Assembly: GCA_029856125.1 (NCBI GenBank)
Contig: JAHQWJ010000134.1
Coordinates: 21,783-85,782, forward strand
Direction of reading: 5' to 3'
Length of the DNA: 64,000 nt
Source of the DNA: Promethearchaeia archaeon
GTDB taxonomy: Archaea; Asgardarchaeota; Lokiarchaeia; Sigyniarchaeales; SOKP01
Within the stretch, counting starts at the first letter, position 1, and every line of letters begins with the position of its first letter. This document shows, in pieces, positions 59,444-64,000 of this stretch. The notes beneath the pieces are model-generated. The model saw only the letters and a list, made by a program, of their open reading frames with translations. It did no database searches and was not told where the DNA came from. The position numbers were made by a program, and so were the translations under genes.

Positions 59444-60001
59444 TTAAGGCCTATAGCTGGCGCTTGAGCCTCTATCTTTGGATATTTCATAGACTGTTCT
59501 ATTCTTAAATGTATTATTGTCGATCGTCAAGATAAAATCATTAATATTAGATTTTTTAAATTTTAATTTTTCTTTAAATTCCTCTAAATTCATTTCGTTT
59601 AGAATAGTTCTCTTAATCTCTTTGAAATCATCAAGATATAATAAATAAAATTTTTTAACTTTACTATGAGAAATAATCAAGTTTGCTAGACTCTTCATGT
59701 CTTCAAAATCATCTTCTGGAATAAGATAATGGTGGCCTTGATACAGAATCCCATCGTTATTCCCCTTAAATTCCTCAAACATTTTGTAGATAGGTTGGCA
59801 TATATGGCAATCCGCATAAATTGGCATCTTATCTCGATAGGTTAATTTATAGAATATATTATAGGGAGCCTTTTTCATACTTTTTATTCTTTCCTTTATT
59901 AAATTTCTCACACTTTCCTTATCTGTTTCTTTCCAAGTTCCTTGTGCGAAAATAAGAACACAAAAATGTGCATATGCTCCTGTTTTTCTATGCTTCACCA
60001 T
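59444..60001 (-). CDS. Hypothetical protein
   Basis: 185-aa ORF with a CHIC motif; no family recognised. Confidence 0.6.
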   Translation of the reverse strand: MVKHRKTGAYAHFCVLIFAQGTWKETDKESVRNLIKERIKSMKKAPYNIFYKLTYRDKMPIYADCHICQPIYKMFEEFKGNNDGILYQGHHYLIPEDDFEDMKSLANLIISHSKVKKFYLLYLDDFKEIKRTILNEMNLEEFKEKLKFKKSNINDFILTIDNNTFKNRTVYEISKDRGSSASYRP

Positions 60002-60128
60002 GATATAATTTCTCTTTTTTATTTTTTCAATTCTTTTATTCTCGATTTAGTAAATATGACATTTTAATTTCAGTAAAAGAAGATTTGAGTGAATAGTGAT
60101 TAACTTATAACTTACAAAAAATGGTTGA

Positions 60129-61337
60129 TTAAAGAAATAAATTAATTAAAGGTAGCAGTTGTTGTTTAAAGTAATCGATTTTCTCCCTGAGTAGATCGAA
60201 ATTATCACTAAGTATCCATAAATATACCGGTATTTTTAGCTCAGAATATTCAAAAAGTTTCTCTCCTCGAATGGCAAATCCATTTAAGGGAAAATCAAGA
60301 GTGATAGAAGGTTCTCTAGTTAATCCTATCGAGCTATGAAAGTTCGAAAGTGTTTGCATAATTAATGCTGTATTATTTAGTAAAGCCTCATCAATATCTG
60401 AGCTCGTGAAGCTTCCAAAGATTAAACCGTCCATCGAAATTAAGCTCGAAGCTTTACCTTCAATAGTCTGAGTAAAATCCTCTAAGATGTTCTCGATTAT
60501 CTCTGAAGTTTCAGAAACTAATTTCAAGGCTTCGCTAAACATTTGCATGATCGTTTCTTTTTGATAAATAGTTGTATCAGAATAGCTGATTACTAAATTT
60601 TCATATTCGCCTACTATGTTATTGAATTTATTCTTTATGGCAGATACATTATTTTGCCATTCGAGAGATGTACGAATATCTTTATCGCTTTTTGAGAGTA
60701 CTACGTGGATTGGAGGGAATTCATTTAATTCAATCAATGCTTTTAAAACTTGACGGAAGTAATTTGCAGCTTCAGCAAATCTATCATTATCTTGTGTGTC
60801 AATAACGTAAAGTACCAAATCAGCTTCAGTAAAGAATAATTCAGGTCTGTTAAAATAAAGTTTTTCTCGATATTGGACCTGACCGCCTAAATCCCACGAG
60901 AGTATTGGATATCCAAAAAAGTCCAGTTTTTCGCGTTTAACGCCCCTTGTAGGGAGAAGAGACTTAATAATTGAAAATTTATCTTGAAGAATTGCTAAAA
61001 TGCTAGTTTTTCCCCCATTATCCAACCCTATCATTAAAATTTTCTTATGCGTTTTTATTTTCTCTCTGATGGCTTTTTCAAGTACTTGAGCAATTTTTAC
61101 CCATTTCTGAAGAATTTTAGGAGGAATTTCTTCAATAGTTGGAAGAGTCTCGATCGATAATTTCGCTAGATCTTCAATATTTTTTACGTTATTTTCTACT
61201 AATTTGTCTGAGGAAATTTGATCAATTCCAATTAACGAATCTGGCTTGAGTTTTAACGCTTCATCTAATTCGTTGATTATTACAGACCTTTTGAAAAAGT
61301 CTTTAATCACAACGCTTTTTGTCTCCTCTTCAGACAT
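60129..61337 (-). CDS. Small GTPase (Arf/Rag-like) with N-terminal HhH-like and C-terminal roadblock-like domains
   Basis: G1 GLDNGGKTS, G2 PTRG, G3 WDLGGQ, G4 SKSD, TTIY; C-terminal SSLISMDGLIFGS; N-terminal LIGID...LVENNVKNIEDLA. Confidence 0.85.
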   Translation of the reverse strand: MSEEETKSVVIKDFFKRSVIINELDEALKLKPDSLIGIDQISSDKLVENNVKNIEDLAKLSIETLPTIEEIPPKILQKWVKIAQVLEKAIREKIKTHKKILMIGLDNGGKTSILAILQDKFSIIKSLLPTRGVKREKLDFFGYPILSWDLGGQVQYREKLYFNRPELFFTEADLVLYVIDTQDNDRFAEAANYFRQVLKALIELNEFPPIHVVLSKSDKDIRTSLEWQNNVSAIKNKFNNIVGEYENLVISYSDTTIYQKETIMQMFSEALKLVSETSEIIENILEDFTQTIEGKASSLISMDGLIFGSFTSSDIDEALLNNTALIMQTLSNFHSSIGLTREPSITLDFPLNGFAIRGEKLFEYSELKIPVYLWILSDNFDLLREKIDYFKQQLLPLINLFL

Positions 61338-61510
61338 AATACATCGGATTTAAAATCAATTTTACTTTAATTTATAGTGTAACTTAATTTTATAGTAAAA
61401 TATCTAATTAATAAAATTTTAGTTTTGTGAAAAAACATAATTATTTATTATTTTTTTTGTATCTTATAATTAGAAATAATTAAGGGCTTTAGTAAGAGCT
61501 TAAATGGTAT

Positions 61511-62710
61511 TTGAATTTGTCCGAACGGCACCCTGAGAATATTGTTGTTTGCATCGACACCTCTAGATCTATGTACCGAGCAGATTATACCCCAAATCGA
61601 TTTGTAAGTAGTATTGATGCTTTGAAAAAGTTAATTAGTGAAAGAATTGTTCAAGATTCCTCAAGCGCGTTTGCAATTGTAAATTTTTCGAATAAACCAA
61701 ATAAAATAATTGATTTTACAAACGATAAAAATAAACTTTTTGAAGTATTAGATGATTTAGAAGTTTCTGGGAAATCAGCTTTGGGAGAAGCCTTAGGACT
61801 TTCTATTAAATTAATCATTTCTGAATTACGAAAGATCGCCGCTAAGGTTCCTCGAATCCTCATTATTTCGGATGGTAATTTTACTACATCATCTATTGAT
61901 CCATTGAAAATGGCACGGTTAGCTCAAGGATTAAATGTAAAAATAGATACATTTCGATTGGGTGAACTCTCTCCTCTCAATATCTTAAAAAGGATGAGCG
62001 ACCTCACAGGAGGAAACTATTATTACAATAATGACGCTCAATCTTTACTGCAAGCAGCTCATGACTTAGCAGGATCTAATATTAAAACTTATGGCGACGG
62101 GGCAATTTCCGTTATTGAAAATCCCGCTTTTCTTAGAAAAATAGCAGCAGATGTTTTAAGAGTTCAAGATCTGACAAGAGATCAAGAACAACGACTGTTA
62201 CAGATAAGAGGCTTAGCAGATTATAAAAAATGTTCAATCTGCTTTTCAGATTTAAACCCCTATACAAAAAGTTCCTTTTATGTTAGCGGTCGTTATTGCC
62301 CTAATTGTCAAGCACCATATCATATCCATTGTTTATCTTCATGGGCTAATTCCCAAAAAGACAGAAAAATGAAACAGGCGGGAACAGTTCGATGCCCCCA
62401 TTGCTTCTATTTATTGAAAATTCCAACAGAAGTGTCTCAAGTCCAAAAGCTCACATCTCTTGTCAAACCAAGAATAAAATCTAAAAAAGAGCCCAAACCG
62501 CCTGAACTTTCTCATGTAGAACTATTCAAATTTAGCGATTTAGATTCGGAGGATACATTTAAGTCTTGCCCTGTATGTAATTTTATTTTCGAGGAGGGAC
62601 AAATTATCTTAAGATGCGACAATTGTAAAACCCTTTACCATGATCACTGTTTTAAAGATTTAACTGATAGTCGCTGTAAAAACTGTGGAGTAAAATTACA
62701 TCAATTTTAA
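61511..62710 (+). CDS. vWA domain protein with two C-terminal RING-type zinc fingers (putative E3 ligase; Ssl1/Rpn10-like vWA)
   Basis: MIDAS DTSRS, D..PNR and ISDG; CSIC..CPNC..HIHC..W..CPHC and CPVC..CDNC..HDHC..CKNC. Confidence 0.85.
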   Translation: MNLSERHPENIVVCIDTSRSMYRADYTPNRFVSSIDALKKLISERIVQDSSSAFAIVNFSNKPNKIIDFTNDKNKLFEVLDDLEVSGKSALGEALGLSIKLIISELRKIAAKVPRILIISDGNFTTSSIDPLKMARLAQGLNVKIDTFRLGELSPLNILKRMSDLTGGNYYYNNDAQSLLQAAHDLAGSNIKTYGDGAISVIENPAFLRKIAADVLRVQDLTRDQEQRLLQIRGLADYKKCSICFSDLNPYTKSSFYVSGRYCPNCQAPYHIHCLSSWANSQKDRKMKQAGTVRCPHCFYLLKIPTEVSQVQKLTSLVKPRIKSKKEPKPPELSHVELFKFSDLDSEDTFKSCPVCNFIFEEGQIILRCDNCKTLYHDHCFKDLTDSRCKNCGVKLHQF

Positions 62711-62808
62711 CATCAACAGCTTTATTGTATCTACTCAATTAAATGAGATAAATTATAATTGATGTAAAATATAATTTCTTAAATAGATATTTACGCTTTG
62801 AACCAACC

Positions 62809-63690
62809 ATGAATGAGGACTATTATCTTTACGGCAATGTTAAGCTAGGATATGGAAATTTTAGAATATCTCCAATTTTAATTGGCACGATGTTCTACCA
62901 AGGTCAAACATTGGTTGATAGAAAAAATGGACTACAATTTGATGAATCTAAAGCAAGAAAAAGAATCGATGCTCAAAAGAGTCTAGCCTCTCAATATAAA
63001 CTCTCAGATTTAGTCGAAATTTCTGCAACAACACCTGATGCAATGGTTAAATATTTAGATTTTTATTTAGATTTTTATGAACCTCCTTTCGTTTTAGGTG
63101 GTAGTTTCGAAGCAAGAATTGCTGGAGTTGAACATTTAGTCGAACGAGGGATAAAACCAGAGGATTATATTTACAATTCTATATCAAATCTTAAAAATAC
63201 AAAAGAAACTGAGTTAATCAAGAAATACAAAATAAAATCGGTTGTAGTTTTAATACTTGGTTCTACTAACATGCGATCGAGTCAGAGATATGCTTACATT
63301 ACAGAGAATAACCAACCTGGAAATACTAACATAATAGAAGGCTTAAAGAAAATAGGGGTTGAAAAAATATGGATTGATGGTGGAGTTATTGATATTGAAA
63401 GTTTTTCGCACATCCTTGAAACTCAACAAATTGTTAGCAGCGCTCTCAAACTTCCTGTAGGTACAGCACCAACTCTTTTTCTCTTTAAATATTCATCGCC
63501 AAGATTAAACAAAAAATTTCACACAAAGGCTCGAAAAGCGAGCGTAATGTTTATTGCTTCTTGGTATTCTAATTTTATTTTTTACGGAGCAATTGAAGAC
63601 GCAAGAGAATGCTTTGCGTCTGTCTATCAGGCTATTGAGCTTAAAAAAGTAATGAAAAAGGAGAATATTAAACTATTTGACAATTTGTAG
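62809..63690 (+). CDS. mtrH: MtrH-family (tetrahydromethanopterin S-methyltransferase subunit H-like) methyltransferase
   Basis: PILIGTMFYQG..V.....FDESKA, IYNSI, LPVGTAP and FYGAIE motifs; no other mtr genes nearby. Confidence 0.75.
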   Translation: MNEDYYLYGNVKLGYGNFRISPILIGTMFYQGQTLVDRKNGLQFDESKARKRIDAQKSLASQYKLSDLVEISATTPDAMVKYLDFYLDFYEPPFVLGGSFEARIAGVEHLVERGIKPEDYIYNSISNLKNTKETELIKKYKIKSVVVLILGSTNMRSSQRYAYITENNQPGNTNIIEGLKKIGVEKIWIDGGVIDIESFSHILETQQIVSSALKLPVGTAPTLFLFKYSSPRLNKKFHTKARKASVMFIASWYSNFIFYGAIEDARECFASVYQAIELKKVMKKENIKLFDNL

Positions 63691-63838
63691 AATATGAATA
63701 GAATTCTATTTTTTAGTATCAAAATTTAAATAAGCTTAATTTCATTCAATATCTAATGAACTATCGCATTTGGATTACTTAATAGACTTAAATATTTAAT
63801 CTATACTAATTTATCAAAAAATCTTAGGGAATTTTATT

Positions 63839-64000
63839 ATGTATAACAACGACGATAAAGAGGAAAAGGAAGTTGAAGCGATCAGATTAATTGATTATGC
63901 TGAAGAATTAGCCGATAAAGGGAAGGGAGATGAATCGATTAAAGAATATGAGAAAGCAGCTCAGATTTACCTTGATTTAGGGAGTTACCTTAAGTTAGAT
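63839..64000 (+). CDS. TPR-like helical protein, truncated at the window edge
   Basis: Not in the ORF track: MYNNDDKEEKEVEAIRLIDYAEELADKGKGDESIKEYEKAAQIYLDLG... Confidence 0.65.
   Translation, partial: MYNNDDKEEKEVEAIRLIDYAEELADKGKGDESIKEYEKAAQIYLDLGSYLKLD

Noticed and set aside
1787-61863. Numerous 60-190-aa ORFs antisense to or overlapping longer genes (e.g. 22855..23268, 30052..30462, 58211..58792)
   Set aside because: They are shadows of well-supported genes on the opposite strand or another frame and have no motifs of their own.

Overview
AT-rich archaeal chromosome segment, most consistent with an Asgard archaeon of the Lokiarchaeia type. This is inferred from archaeal RadA, EndA and an A/V-ATPase together with eukaryotic-signature proteins: longin- and roadblock-fused small GTPases, a V4R protein and a vWA-RING protein. 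Left to right it carries: an amino-sugar cluster (glmM, nagB, glmS, GlmU-like) and a GH13 enzyme; a 2-hydroxyacyl-CoA dehydratase operon whose two alpha-type paralogues are separated by an ~8-kb accessory island; VIT1/DUF47 genes; a complete A/V-ATPase operon (K-C-H-F-E-A-B-D-I) followed by a second, diverged A subunit; endA, a MEMO1 gene, redox genes and radA; an alpha-glucan/sugar-nucleotide cluster; a GTPase/V4R/RING cluster; and an MtrH homologue. The strongest novelty candidates are: (1) the island's four-enzyme set of a D-Ala-D-Ala-ligase-like ATP-grasp, an ornithine-racemase-like enzyme, a single-chain glutamate-mutase-like B12 enzyme and an opine dehydrogenase; (2) the island's modular build, with direct repeats and two decayed copies of the dehydratase gene's 3' end; (3) an atpA paralogue with Arg->Pro in the GERGNE motif; (4) several genes, including essential ATPase subunits, that appear to start at ACG or ATT. 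No rRNA, tRNA, CRISPR array or transposase was recognised. All family assignments come from motif recognition by eye, not database searches.
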